Of a stretch of 64,000 nucleotides of DNA, positions 1 through 11,559 are shown piece after piece. The number at the start of each line of letters is the position of its first letter. Within the stretch, counting starts at the first letter, position 1. Both the position numbers and the translations under genes were made by a program. Location: NCBI GenBank assembly GCA_010405405.1, contig MU004230.1, positions 3,258,627-3,322,626 of the forward strand, written 5' to 3'. The notes under the pieces were generated by a model, which saw only the letters and a program-made list of their open reading frames with translations, made no database searches and was not told the origin of the DNA. The DNA comes from Microthyrium microscopicum (taxonomy: Eukaryota).

Positions 1-490
1 AGGCACACAACCAACAGTCTTCAAGCTTGAGGAAGCGTCGAGAGCGATCGCCGCAGGTGCCACAGAGCTGGACATGGTGTTGAACCGCGACCTTCTCAAA
101 CAGAAACAGTATGCGGCAGTATACGAAGAGCTGAAAGCCATGAGAGATGTGGTGCCAGAACCTGTGGAGTTGAAGTTGATCTTGGAGACGTCAGAGCTAG
201 ATAAGGCAGAGGTAGTGTATGCTTCTGTGTTGGCAGGGTATGCGGGCTGGGACTATATCAAGACCAGTAGCGGGTTCTGTGGGCGTGGAGCAAGTGTGGA
301 GGATGTTCGGTTGATGAAGCAGTTAGCAAGCATTCTTGGGAAAACGCAGTCTAAGGAGATGAAAGTGAAGGCATCCGGTGGTATCAGATCATTCAAAGAT
401 GCAATGGACATGATAGTCTTCGGAGCAAACAGAATAGGGGCAAGCGCTGGTGTCGCAATGATGGAAGAGGCGGTGGAAAAGTCAAAATGA
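1..490 (+). CDS. deoC: Deoxyribose-phosphate aldolase (DERA), 3' part; gene starts before the window
   Basis: Frame is open from base 2 (GTQPTVFKLEEASRAIAAGATELDMVLN). Contains LKLILET, the Schiff-base motif YIKTSSGF, VKASGGIRS and GANRIGAS, all typical of DERA. Confidence 0.93.
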   Translation, partial: GTQPTVFKLEEASRAIAAGATELDMVLNRDLLKQKQYAAVYEELKAMRDVVPEPVELKLILETSELDKAEVVYASVLAGYAGWDYIKTSSGFCGRGASVEDVRLMKQLASILGKTQSKEMKVKASGGIRSFKDAMDMIVFGANRIGASAGVAMMEEAVEKSK

Positions 491-726
491 TTTGGGGATA
501 TAAGGGTATATTTGCAAAATAATAAACCTATCACGTCCGAATAACTACAGGACGGTATCCAACCAGCGCCTCCTATTTCCAAATCAAAGTCTAATTATAC
601 TAACATTGTCGATGTCATATTGCATCAGTCCCCTTTCTGTTACGATAATTAGACTGTGGCAGCAACTGGCCAGATATCGTCATCATCCAGGCTCGTTTGG
701 CGGTCCAGCAAGTCCCATTCTCGCTT

Positions 727-1509
727 CTAGCGTCTCATGGTGCCTCGATCAGTTTCCACCAAAGGACTGAGTGGAGGCACGTCGTCGTTGTCGTCCTTGT
801 TGGGATCTTCGTCGAGGTTGGGTGGTAGTGCCCGGAGCCATTCTTTGATGATGCTCGTCTTGATAGCTTGTTCTTCTTCGCTGCTTTCACGACGCCTAGG
901 TCGCGTGACCAGGCTGGTCAAAGTGCCTTCGAGGGTTTTGGACGAGCGCTTGGTCTTGTTGGCTGTGTTGCGCGCGCTGTAGGCTGGATAGAAGACTTCA
1001 TCGCCTGTCCAGGAACCTGATGAGGATGGCGGGTAAGTTGTGGCCACTGTAGTACCTCTCACAAGAGTCATGTGATCGTCCGCATTTTCAGAAGGGTTTC
1101 GATGGTGATTGGCACTGAACAAATGTGGATTATTGACAGTGGATGTGTGCGGTGGAATGAAGAGATTTCTGAGCGCAGTTGGGTGCTGATTGATGGTCTC
1201 GCCATGAGTGGGTGTAAGTGTTTCGCTCACAGGTCGCGACATGCGTAGGCAAATCGGAGGATTTCTCCTCGCACTCGTGTTCGCTTGGACAAATGGAGCA
1301 CTGCGCTGGATAGGTGTATGAACGTCGCGCTCAGAATAGTTAATGGACGGGAGCCCTGAGGGGAGGAGAGGACGAGACATCTCGAACTCGTCACTCCGAT
1401 CTCCCAGATGTTGCGTCGTGGGTAGAAAGAATGAATCACCTTCGCAGCAGCTGTCAGCGGAAATATTGAAAACTAGTGGGAATGATTTTTTACCCTGAAT
1501 GGCTGCCAT
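727..1509 (-). CDS. Hypothetical Ser/Thr/Pro-rich, probably disordered protein; possibly 25 aa longer (see findings)
   Basis: 260-codon ATG-initiated ORF with low-complexity composition and an acidic patch near the end. No recognisable domain. Confidence 0.6.
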   Translation of the reverse strand: MAAIQGKKSFPLVFNISADSCCEGDSFFLPTTQHLGDRSDEFEMSRPLLPSGLPSINYSERDVHTPIQRSAPFVQANTSARRNPPICLRMSRPVSETLTPTHGETINQHPTALRNLFIPPHTSTVNNPHLFSANHHRNPSENADDHMTLVRGTTVATTYPPSSSGSWTGDEVFYPAYSARNTANKTKRSSKTLEGTLTSLVTRPRRRESSEEEQAIKTSIIKEWLRALPPNLDEDPNKDDNDDVPPLSPLVETDRGTMRR

Positions 1510-4500
1510 GGTAGTGGTTGGGACCGATCAAGTCTTCGGGAACTAATATAGGTACCACGAGAACAGCGGCGAGGCTGACCTCCTTGGGAAACAGATTAAC
1601 CAGTATATGGAGGGATTTCTGTCCAGCGATAACGAAATCAAAAGAGATTCTTTGCCTCAAAGGATTGCGATTGAGGATTGCTTCATGGCTATGAGATTTA
1701 GCGAGAATGCAAGACTTGAAGATGAGGTCAAGATGTAAATACCATAATATGGGAGGAGCATTCAAGTTGAGTCTCAGTTACGTCCTGGTCCCTTGTGCCT
1801 CCTTCATTGTCTTGTAGGAAAGGGCAAACAGTGCTGGTGTTGGAGGTAAGAGCCATCTGTATCTTACCGATTGGTCTGATGACCGTAGACCAAAGAGATC
1901 TGGATTAAGGATTTGGTGTTAAGTGATCATAAGAACACAGTGAACGCTTTGCTTGTCAAAAAAGATATCATGTACTCAAGTATAAGTGTCTCATAACTTG
2001 AATTGACATGCTCAGTACATCAAGTGAGTAATGGACGGCTACCAAATGGATATCTCGATTTATTGTGCGCTCATCTTCTTATATCAGATTGCCCACATAT
2101 GACTTTAGACTTACTATTTCAGGACGTTCGAAATCCGTTTACAGGTCAAGTCATTCATTTCTATCTTTGGCAGCCGGCATCATCAGTCGTACAAAATTCA
2201 GAAAGGGAGATGTTGGCGAGAAGAAAGGTGTGATCTGTATAATATTTAGATAATTGTGAATCGCATTGCCGACATGGTCCCAGTAAATTTGGTTTTCAGC
2301 ATCTTGATCGTGAAGTGTTTTATTTTCCGTACTCCCACGGTTTTGCAGGTTATTGGTCAAGCTTTCAGGCGTGTTGCAAGACTTTGGTGAGACCTTTGCG
2401 ATGGCCACTTCCAGGAGAAGCAGCTTCTTAACAAGCGAAGTGAATGGCCATACGTTGAATCAATTCACCTGGGAACAAAAGAAATGGTCTTTTTTATTTA
2501 TTCTCCCCTGAGCCAGATGTGAAACAAAGCCGACACCCCGAAGGCCCGGAAGCGATGTCTTACTCGAGTAGCCTGCAGCATTTGATTAGCGTTGAAACTG
2601 CATGAAGAAAGGTACTAGATAATAACAACTCCGTACGACGAGTTGTTTGTATGACCAGGCACGACATCGATATGTGGGCAGTATCTGAAGAGAATAAAAG
2701 CCTGGATCTCGATTGGCCCGTAATCAGACAACCGGGATAATTAAGTACTTAAAGTTACGAATGACTCGGAACGAGGCTATTCTATCAAAGAAAATCTGCT
2801 GATAAGATTAGCTAAGAAATCTCAATGATGTTTGTTTTCTTGTTGGGCGAATTGGAGGCTAGAAGGCAGGAAATAACGTGGAAGCGGCACACCAAAATAA
2901 TATTGGAGCAATTCATCTATTTCAAAAGCCAAGGCAAACAAGGGCCGAACGAACTATAAGTGGAATACGTGAACTTATGAGGCTTCTTATTGATTTGAGG
3001 TTTCAAAGCTGTCCCATTGGCAGTCCTGTTGAACGGGTGTTGCCTTACAGGAATAACCTGGTTGTAAAAGAACAAGATTTAAAATAGGCGGAGATGAGAA
3101 GAGGACAGACAGGCAAATATAGGCGTGATGCTATAAATCGTGCACGATCTGCTCAGGGGCATCCTGCAGAACGATTATAGGATACATAGTTCAAGGGATA
3201 TCTCACAGCGCAAGTAACCCAGGATCGGAAAAGGGCGGAGACCATGGATGATGGATTGGAAGGTTAAAGATATAATAAAAGAAAGAAACTTTATGTTATA
3301 GATGATAATAATGGAGACTTAGTATACTAAGGTGCAGGGCCACGGAATGTTCGGTTGCAGCTACTTTTTGTGGCTGTGACCAAGCCATGTTTCAGAAATA
3401 ATGGGAGGTTTTGATGATGCTTCCAACCACACATCCTTTGCCTGCCTCTTTTCTCCGATCGAAGAGCCTCAATGTCCTGTTAAAAACGCATTTACCATTG
3501 GCACGACTAAATCCAGGGACCTGACCCTGCCTGGAACCATTTTGACTCTCAGACACACGAGCTACCCAATCTTTCCCAAATGTCTTGCACTTCTTTTCAG
3601 ATTTCTAATGACCCTGACTCCCTGAAGATGGCTGTCAATTTCATCGTCGTACAGTAGCACAAACCCCCGTGTTCTGGCAGCCATCCCAATCATTCGGCCT
3701 TCCACCAGAGAAGTTGCCATGTAAAGTATAGTAGCCTTGCAGGCCCGACTGCACGATGGGCGGTCCGACCTGGAATTCCATAATTTCGCTGACTGCCATG
3801 GTCACATAAGGGTGGAACCTTGCCAGAATCGATTTAATTATCCGCGTGTCCGCCAACGGCTACCCGTTCAATCAATCTCACGTCTGGGGTTCTCCCCGTC
3901 ATGTCATATCAAGCTATTGTCTGTGTTTTTGTTGTCAGTAGATATTAGGCATCGCGGTTGACCGGCCTATATCAACCTTCATTTCATCGTGGGCCAGCTC
4001 CAACTTCACTCCTGTTACTCTTTGGCTTGCGTTGTTTTGGCTTCTTATTGTACTGTTTGCTCGCCTGGCGTGATCGTTCGCGAGAACCGAGTTGCAAGGG
4101 CTTGAATTGTGTCCGTCGAGAATATATCACATCTCCTACGCCAGCCATTGAGCCCTAGCAACATACATTCACTTCAACACGCAGTTTTTACCTTCAATCG
4201 CGGCCAGTCCGTTGAATTTCAACTTCAGTTTGTTCTGTTCTTGCAGGCTATCAGGACATTTATCTGTTATATGGTCAGTGTTTCTGCATGTTTCCTTGTT
4301 TCTGATGCTTGAGCAGCGTCAGGCCCCAACTCCCGACCGACCCTTTCCTTGCACGCACTTTGAGCTTGGGACAAATACAGTCTCAAGGTTCTTGAGATAT
4401 GTGAACACCTCTCAGCCACGCAAAAAGCCGCAAACTTGTGTCAAAGGGGCCTGTCTTTGATGGGAGACGTCATGCTATGTCTCTGCTCCTGATGCTCACA

Positions 4501-4964
4501 TGAAAGTTCACGACAGCGGGCTCAGTTGCGTAGCATCTTCCGGACATTTCCTGCCCTCAATCTTGCTTCTATCTTTCCACTTCTTCACTTCGTTATTTCG
4601 TCATCAGTTGTTTCATTACATATACACCGAGCCTTGTTGACATGCGACTGACCACCTGCAGCACCGTGGCCAAGCCAGTTGTACCTTCCCAAGCTGGTCA
4701 TTCCTCAGCCTTGCCATCCGATTGAAACTGCCAAACCAATTACCATCCTGGATGCGGCTGTGCCAATGATTCCTGGTCTTGCAGATTGCTCTTTGCTTTG
4801 CCTTGTTCACGTCCTTGAGACGTTGTTACTTACGTCGAACTCTCCTGACGGCAAGGCGCTGTCTCTTGACTTGTCTGTATGAAGTAGGAACACCAGGACA
4901 CTGAGCATCATAGAAAGTGCGGTTACTGGTTCTCCCTCATTCTTCCTAATTCCTGGCAACTTAG

Positions 4965-7946
4965 ATGAGTTACTCCCCCAGAGGGCCCGGTCGGCCTCAA
5001 ACTCGCGATGGTTATCCAAGAGGCGACCGCGATAATGCCGGCTCGGTTAGAGCAGCGCGAGAAAGACTGCAACAGGCGCAGTCAAGACTACAGCAAACTG
5101 TGGTGACACCGGATTTGAGAGAAAGTAATCCTCTCGCTTCACAGTATCAGAATTCTACATTACGATCGCCGCCAACCTTTAATGAACGCCAACCTCGAAG
5201 TCAGTCTCCTGTAGGATTACCCGGCTCACCTCAGATATACCCTCAAATGCCTCAGCCTCGAATGAATTCCCCTATGAGAGCTCCAGATTCGCCGCAAATG
5301 TACCCTCAAATGCCACAACCTCGAATGAATTCCCCTATGAGAGCTCCGGATTCACCGCAAATGTATCCTCATATGCCGCGAATGCCTCCACCACAAATGC
5401 CGCAGCCTCGGATGCATTCTCCAGTTAGAGCACCATATTCACCTCAGATGTATCGAACGCAATCGCCAATGGAATCGCCCATGGAATCACCAACTATACC
5501 TCAGATGCCAATGCGATCCCCTATGCGAACTCAGATGCAATCGCCGAGTCTACCACAGGTCCAAAATCCTACGCGTTCTCAAATACGCTCCCCAAATGCG
5601 CCACAGACAATGCCGGATATGCGGACGCAGGTGCCGCAATACCAACGATCACCAAGTGCTCCTCAGATGCAGGCACGATTTCAACCTCAAGAATATGGTC
5701 AATTTCACCAGCCTTCACCATCCCCACAATGGCCTTTGCAGCAGCGAGATGGGAGCCCAGGCCCGGCAGCGTTGCGGCCAGTGGGACCATCTCAGTCCTT
5801 TCCGCGAAATCAACCTCAGAACCCCTATTCGTATTCAAACGAGAATGCGTTTGCTGAATCGGCTCGTACGCTAACACAAGATCAAAGCAACAATCGTGTA
5901 CAGGCAATGAATGCCTTTGTAGACCGACCTTTTGCTCATCCGCGCGACCAGAACCAGATGCAGGCGCAACTCGAATCGAGCCACCTGACACCTCCCTCAG
6001 CTCCTTCGCGGCCTCTGACAACGTCTTCTCAGGCTTCACATAGCTCGTTGGGGACCATTCCCGACTTTCCCATTCCGGCAAATAATGCATCCCCACAACA
6101 AACCTTATTGCCTAATACTTACTCCAATCAAAGAGGGCCTCAACCATACTACTCTGGCATATCTAATGTTTCGCCGATTAAAGAAGAGAAGGATTCGAGA
6201 GGGTCAGTGAAGTCGTACGCATCGAGTAATGTTTTCCCAAGCGGCGGGACTGGTTTCTATTTCGATGAAACCCCTTCGGAAGATGACTCTAGAACCAGGA
6301 GCAGTGATAGACAGGACACCTCGACAACTTTAGTTCGTCAGGCCAGCCTTGGGAAACGAGCAGGTAGAGCGGCTCTCACTTCCATAAAGCGCTCGAGGAC
6401 TCCCACACCGCCTGACGAGAAACCGAATCCCTTGACTAGGAGCACAAGTGAGCTAACGGACTCACCCGTGATAAAAGCAGGCCCGGGAGCTGCGGAGGCT
6501 CTTATGGCAGCTCGAACACCTCAGAGACATAAACAACCCGACGACATACCACATGCTTATGAGGGCATGGAAGCACCGTACTCAACCCAGATTGATGATT
6601 ATCTAGGTGAGTTGGAGAAAGGCTCGTCAGAGCCAACACCGGCTCTTCGACAAGTACCAAAAAGCATGTTGGGCGATAGAGTTGGGACCAGGAAACCACC
6701 TGATTTGGACGTTGAAAAGGTCAAACTTGAAGAAGCACGGGGTAGCATAACTAGCCTCCCAGAACTTATTCGGAGAGCAACCCGACTGGCTGCGAATCTT
6801 GATCGTGGAAAGACTGCAAGTCGTCTTGGAATGGACTGGATGATCAAAGAGGGCGAGGTACTCGACACAAGTCAAGCGAACAGAAAACTGGCTACGCCTT
6901 CGCCCATTGATGCTCCTCCTCTTAACGAATGGCCGTCCGAAAGAGCAGCGAATGCATACCTTCCACCAGGCAGCGATAGTTTCAAATCACTGCCCAAACG
7001 ACAGCCTACACAGAGACGCTGCTGCGGAATGACACGAAATTCTTTCATCGGATTCCTTCTACTGCTGATTCTGCTGGTTGTGGCCGCGGTGGTTATTCCA
7101 GTCGCCCTTATCGTCATTCCCAAGCAAAACACTAATTCTACCACGGCCGCCTCTTGTACAAAGACTTTGACCTGTTCCAACGGTGGAAGTCCTACTTTGC
7201 TCTCTGATAAGACCTGTGGCTGTGTCTGTATGAATGGCTTTCAAGGTCCTACTTGCCAAGGTAAAACCGATGCTGCATGTAGTACCATCCAAGCCGGTAC
7301 CTTTGACAAAGCTACAGTGGGAACGATGGTGTTACCTCTTCTCAAGGCTTCCAATGATTTCAGCATTCCAATCGACAGCGAGGCCATGGTACTGGAGTTC
7401 GCTAGAGCGAATCTAACTTGTGCCTCCGAGAACGCTTTGATCACATTTCCTGGATTGAGCAAACCTTCCGCCACCAGAAAGGCTCGCAAGAGACAAGCAG
7501 GGGCAATGACTACTAATGGTATTGTTGTTGCCGGAACACCAACTCCTCTAGCTGGTCTTCCGCCTACATCAACCGTTACGATTGATCCAAAGTCTTCAAC
7601 AAGCAGCGCCCCACAGCCTTCTGCGACTGCGACTGGCTCCAATGGTCCGGTAGTCAATACTACCGCTCAAGCATTTGCCAAAGTAGGAATTCTATTTGTT
7701 CTACAAGACAGCAGAGTCTTGAACACAGCAGTCAAAGCTCAAGAAAAACTCAACACGTACATGGACGCCGTGCTAAGACAGGGAGCAGATATGTCCACTG
7801 CCCGCAATGTCACTCTCGGCGACGGATACTTCATCAATATGTGGGATTTCACCGTAACTCTCCAGAATGGAACGATCTATGGCGATGGCTGGAACGGAAC
7901 ATCTACCACCCTTACTCCAGTCAACCACAGGAGCTCAAAACTATGA
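4965..7946 (+). CDS. Single-pass membrane protein: long Pro/Gln/Ser-rich N-terminal region, one TM helix, Cys-rich EGF-like module
   Basis: 993-aa intronless ORF. Block LPELIRRATRLAANLDRGKTASRLG; basic/CC motif (RRCCG) followed by hydrophobic FIGFLLLLILLVVAAVVIPVALIVI; EGF-like CSNGG...CGCVCMNGFQGPTC; N-glycosylation sequons and an S/T-rich stretch downstream. Confidence 0.85.
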   Translation: MSYSPRGPGRPQTRDGYPRGDRDNAGSVRAARERLQQAQSRLQQTVVTPDLRESNPLASQYQNSTLRSPPTFNERQPRSQSPVGLPGSPQIYPQMPQPRMNSPMRAPDSPQMYPQMPQPRMNSPMRAPDSPQMYPHMPRMPPPQMPQPRMHSPVRAPYSPQMYRTQSPMESPMESPTIPQMPMRSPMRTQMQSPSLPQVQNPTRSQIRSPNAPQTMPDMRTQVPQYQRSPSAPQMQARFQPQEYGQFHQPSPSPQWPLQQRDGSPGPAALRPVGPSQSFPRNQPQNPYSYSNENAFAESARTLTQDQSNNRVQAMNAFVDRPFAHPRDQNQMQAQLESSHLTPPSAPSRPLTTSSQASHSSLGTIPDFPIPANNASPQQTLLPNTYSNQRGPQPYYSGISNVSPIKEEKDSRGSVKSYASSNVFPSGGTGFYFDETPSEDDSRTRSSDRQDTSTTLVRQASLGKRAGRAALTSIKRSRTPTPPDEKPNPLTRSTSELTDSPVIKAGPGAAEALMAARTPQRHKQPDDIPHAYEGMEAPYSTQIDDYLGELEKGSSEPTPALRQVPKSMLGDRVGTRKPPDLDVEKVKLEEARGSITSLPELIRRATRLAANLDRGKTASRLGMDWMIKEGEVLDTSQANRKLATPSPIDAPPLNEWPSERAANAYLPPGSDSFKSLPKRQPTQRRCCGMTRNSFIGFLLLLILLVVAAVVIPVALIVIPKQNTNSTTAASCTKTLTCSNGGSPTLLSDKTCGCVCMNGFQGPTCQGKTDAACSTIQAGTFDKATVGTMVLPLLKASNDFSIPIDSEAMVLEFARANLTCASENALITFPGLSKPSATRKARKRQAGAMTTNGIVVAGTPTPLAGLPPTSTVTIDPKSSTSSAPQPSATATGSNGPVVNTTAQAFAKVGILFVLQDSRVLNTAVKAQEKLNTYMDAVLRQGADMSTARNVTLGDGYFINMWDFTVTLQNGTIYGDGWNGTSTTLTPVNHRSSKL
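5223..5460 (+). repeat. In-frame 60-bp (20-aa) tandem repeat, about 2.5 near-identical copies plus a degenerate copy
   Basis: SPQ(I/M)YPQMPQPRMNSPMRAPD is repeated; cctcgaatgaattcccctatgagagctcc recurs at 60-bp spacing. Confidence 0.9.
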
Positions 7947-9024
7947 CTTTACGACAATCTCAATTTCTGCAACAACACGAATGTCTTTCTTTTTCCATCG
8001 TATGAGCATAGCACATTTCCGGCACGAACAAAAGCCCTTTGGTTTGGACCTTTGCATCGCAGCATCTACGCATTCTGCTGTTCAAGTTCTACAACTTCAC
8101 ATGATTATTCTTGTCAGATTATTCTGCACTTCTAAAGCTGAAACCAGCAACTTGTTTTTATTTACTTGCTTATTAGACCTTATTCTGTCAATGTATGATA
8201 GGAACTAAATTTGTTGGATTACGATTGTATATCACTTTGCCCAAGGTGGCTCCGGAGTTGGAGATACAGATGAAATGTAATCATAGAGATGGGATGTTTC
8301 CATTCAGAATATTTACCAGATACCCCCCATAAATGCTCTCCTCGATTCCTTATGACCTTTTAAGACACCTGACTTGGATTTTGATTATTCCAGTGATTCG
8401 AAAACTGACGCTGAGCAGCATAGGGTTCCTACAAACGATCTTCTCTCTTACGCCAGCCTGAATATAATAGGGACTTCCGTATTGATTAAAAAGGTAGCCT
8501 TTCAGCGAATCAAAAGTCCCTTTATTTCCGAGAACCATTGAGCGGTCTTGTACCACTCATGTTTCTGCGACTCTGATTGCCCAACCACAGCCACGCAGAT
8601 CTGGGCCAAAAATCCTCGTCCCGCCCATTGACCTCAGCTTCCTCATTGTCGAGGCCGCTGCATGACATGATACATGCATGCTGCGCTTTTGTTTCCGAAC
8701 ATTTCATCATATCTACTAGCGATCGCAGACCGCTCTTCGTTCATTTCTCGTACCCATTGATTTAATGCATTTGTAGTATGTTCCTTGCGCGGCTCCTGAG
8801 CCAGCGGGGTGAAGACAGACAGCAAGATGTTCGCAGTCGTGAGATCCCGGTGAGTCTACTGTCTGCAGCTATGACTGAGGCTCAGAATGGTTAATTTGGG
8901 ATAGACTAGCTACCCCAGGAGGCGACATACGCTGGACACGAATATTGACCGGACACCGCAAGCATCGTCTACGGCGTTGGTGCTGAGACAGCCACGGGAT
9001 CCCAATTCACCAGAGACACCGCCA

Positions 9025-11559
9025 ATGCTGAGCCGCTCGTCGACTTTTGGCTCTACTGTCAGCTACGGAGGCTCATCGACGGAAAATCATTGCAGCCATC
9101 GACGCTCTTGCCGGATTTGCAGCAGTTTGAAGCGATTCATCAGAAACGATGAGCACAATGGCCAGGTTAGTCGATACTTTGGCCATGTAAAAGTGCGGCG
9201 CGAACATGTCCCTGGATATACGATCATCACTGTTGCGAAACCTCTGGTTGTGGATGTTACGTGCCGGCGCTGTCAAGAGATATATACATGTCCACAATGC
9301 CTGAAGTTGACATTGCTGATGCAAATCGATGTTGAGACGCTCCATGAAGATGAAGTAAATTTGCCAATGGAGGTGTGGGCCAAAGCACCAGACAAGTCTA
9401 AAGGATATTCTTCCCTAAATCGACAGCTGTTTCCCCTCAAAGGAGCTCTGATCGGCCAGCGCGTGGATTGGTATGGACAAAATGTTCATGCGCAGATTAC
9501 CTGGTCTCCGCTACCTGAGCGCCAGTTGATCATGATACCGTCTGAAAATATCTCCCGCAGCAACGCACCAATACGAATACGCGACTCCCAATGCGTTGAC
9601 GTCAAATTTATGCAATTGGCTCTCCGAAGATGTGAGGCGGAGCATGTCAAGTGCGTAAATCCATGGCAAAATGCTTTTGAAGGAGTTCATGTACCGATTT
9701 TGCTTATGGATTTGAAGGAACGATGTATAGTCGCATCAAGTACCGACGCCCCATATGTTACGCTATCATATGTATGGGGCGACGCTACTGATACCTTTGA
9801 ATGCCGACGCGAGAGCATTGCTGGACTACGAGCAAAGGGAAGTCTTGATGATAGATCGTTCTTCTCGGCTCCTCAGACTATCCTTGATGCGATGGACTTT
9901 GCTGAAGCAATGGGCGAAAGATATATCTGGATAGATCGTTATTGCATCGTGCAAGATGACCATGGCCAGAAAGCATCGCAGATATTGTCCATGGCCGCAG
10001 TATACGCAAAAGCAAGGTTCACCATCATCGCTGCAGATGGAAGCGCAAAAGACGGTCTGGCTGGCTGGCCAAGTAGGATGGGAGAAGCTGATATCGATTT
10101 CACTTCACGCCGGCAAAGTAATGTGTGGTATTCTGGTCGGGAGGTCTCCGTAATAGCAGGATTAGACTTCCAGACTGCTGCACTTGGTGAGTCCTGGGTC
10201 TCAAGAGGGTGGACGTTTCAAGAGCAAATCTTTTCAAGAAGAGCCATTGTGTTCCATGGCGGTTTATCATTCTGGAAATGTCAAAGATGCTTTTGGCAAG
10301 AAGATTTCAGAGATCCAACTAGAGCGGAAGAAGGGCCTTTAGCAGATGTTGAGAAACTCACGCCTTTAGCATGGCCAGACCTGTGCCAGCTAAAGCATTT
10401 ACTCGAAAAATATGCGTTGCGTATTCTAAGCTACCCAAGCGATTCGCTCCACGCGTTTTCTGGTATATCAAGCTTCCTACAACCATATTTCCCAGGAGGA
10501 TTTCTTTTTGGATTGCCTGAGATGTGGTTCGACGTCGCACTTCTATGGCAACCAAAAGTACCGCTTCAGGATCGAGTACATCTGGCCAAGTCAAAAGGAC
10601 AGCCAACGGGAAGTTTACCAAGCTGGTCCTGGGCTCGGTGGAAAGGCGCCTTAGACCTGCACAATTGGGCGATTGCAGGAATCCACTGCATCCCAGAGCA
10701 ACCTAACGAGCCACTTCATGCCTTACGATGCAAAATTATGCCAATCGTGAAGTGGACTAAAAGCTTAGCATCAAAGGAGAGTAAGACCCCGATACTCAAC
10801 AATTTTGCCATGCATCGAAAAAATGCAGAGAAACGCAGCGTCCAACTTCCCAGGGGTTGGACCAGGCGAACAACACTGGACATGGCTTATGGAGGCTCAA
10901 CCGTGGACCGCTTCTTTCACGCCAGTATTGACAGCAATACTGGCTTTATGTACCCGATACCTCTGGCATCTGATGCACCTCTACCACGTGGATGTGGCGA
11001 TGATTCAGCTTGGTTGCCTGCTATATCAGGGAAGGTGATGCGAATGTACGCTCAGCTAGGCCAACGAGTAACAAATAGCAATTTTCCGGGGGAGTCCCCG
11101 CAGAGGAATGATTGTTGCTGCTGGGCACAGCTCTTAGCATCGAACACAAAGAGACAAATTGGCATGATTGTTCTGAATGTTGAGGACAGCGATAAAGAAC
11201 CGCAAGATCTGGACATATTCCATGATCGGGGAATCCCACTGGCGACAGAAACTCAATACCCATGGAAACCTACCGTGAGGCAAAGGAAATCGATAGAACT
11301 TGAGATGATTGCAATCTCCAGAGGCACATTGACGTGGCCTCAGGGCGACGAACACTCAATTGGCACTTTCGATGATTGGGAGTTCGAACAGAGCGTGTCC
11401 GATGGCGCAGAAAAACGATACGAATACTACAACGTGATGTGGATCGAACGACTCGGCGAGTCTCAAGGAATAATCGCAGAAAGAAGGGGTCTCGGCCGCA
11501 TTCAGCGAGCCATGTGGGAGGAATTGTACCTTGACCAAATTGATATTACTCTGCGATGA
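9025..11559 (+). CDS. Heterokaryon-incompatibility (HET domain) protein, TOL-like architecture
   Basis: HET motifs YVTLSYVWG, PQTILDAM...YIWIDRYCIVQDD, MAAVYAKARFTIIAADG and WVSRGWTFQEQIFSRR; downstream YALRILSYPSD and LPSWSWARW. First in-frame ATG at 9025 (the ORF track starts at a TTG at 8977). Intronless. Confidence 0.93.
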   Translation: MLSRSSTFGSTVSYGGSSTENHCSHRRSCRICSSLKRFIRNDEHNGQVSRYFGHVKVRREHVPGYTIITVAKPLVVDVTCRRCQEIYTCPQCLKLTLLMQIDVETLHEDEVNLPMEVWAKAPDKSKGYSSLNRQLFPLKGALIGQRVDWYGQNVHAQITWSPLPERQLIMIPSENISRSNAPIRIRDSQCVDVKFMQLALRRCEAEHVKCVNPWQNAFEGVHVPILLMDLKERCIVASSTDAPYVTLSYVWGDATDTFECRRESIAGLRAKGSLDDRSFFSAPQTILDAMDFAEAMGERYIWIDRYCIVQDDHGQKASQILSMAAVYAKARFTIIAADGSAKDGLAGWPSRMGEADIDFTSRRQSNVWYSGREVSVIAGLDFQTAALGESWVSRGWTFQEQIFSRRAIVFHGGLSFWKCQRCFWQEDFRDPTRAEEGPLADVEKLTPLAWPDLCQLKHLLEKYALRILSYPSDSLHAFSGISSFLQPYFPGGFLFGLPEMWFDVALLWQPKVPLQDRVHLAKSKGQPTGSLPSWSWARWKGALDLHNWAIAGIHCIPEQPNEPLHALRCKIMPIVKWTKSLASKESKTPILNNFAMHRKNAEKRSVQLPRGWTRRTTLDMAYGGSTVDRFFHASIDSNTGFMYPIPLASDAPLPRGCGDDSAWLPAISGKVMRMYAQLGQRVTNSNFPGESPQRNDCCCWAQLLASNTKRQIGMIVLNVEDSDKEPQDLDIFHDRGIPLATETQYPWKPTVRQRKSIELEMIAISRGTLTWPQGDEHSIGTFDDWEFEQSVSDGAEKRYEYYNVMWIERLGESQGIIAERRGLGRIQRAMWEELYLDQIDITLR

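Noticed and set aside
1510..4964. Many 60-90-aa ORFs in the divergent intergenic region
   Set aside because: Mostly non-ATG starts, no motifs and no coding-like composition; likely promoter/UTR sequence.
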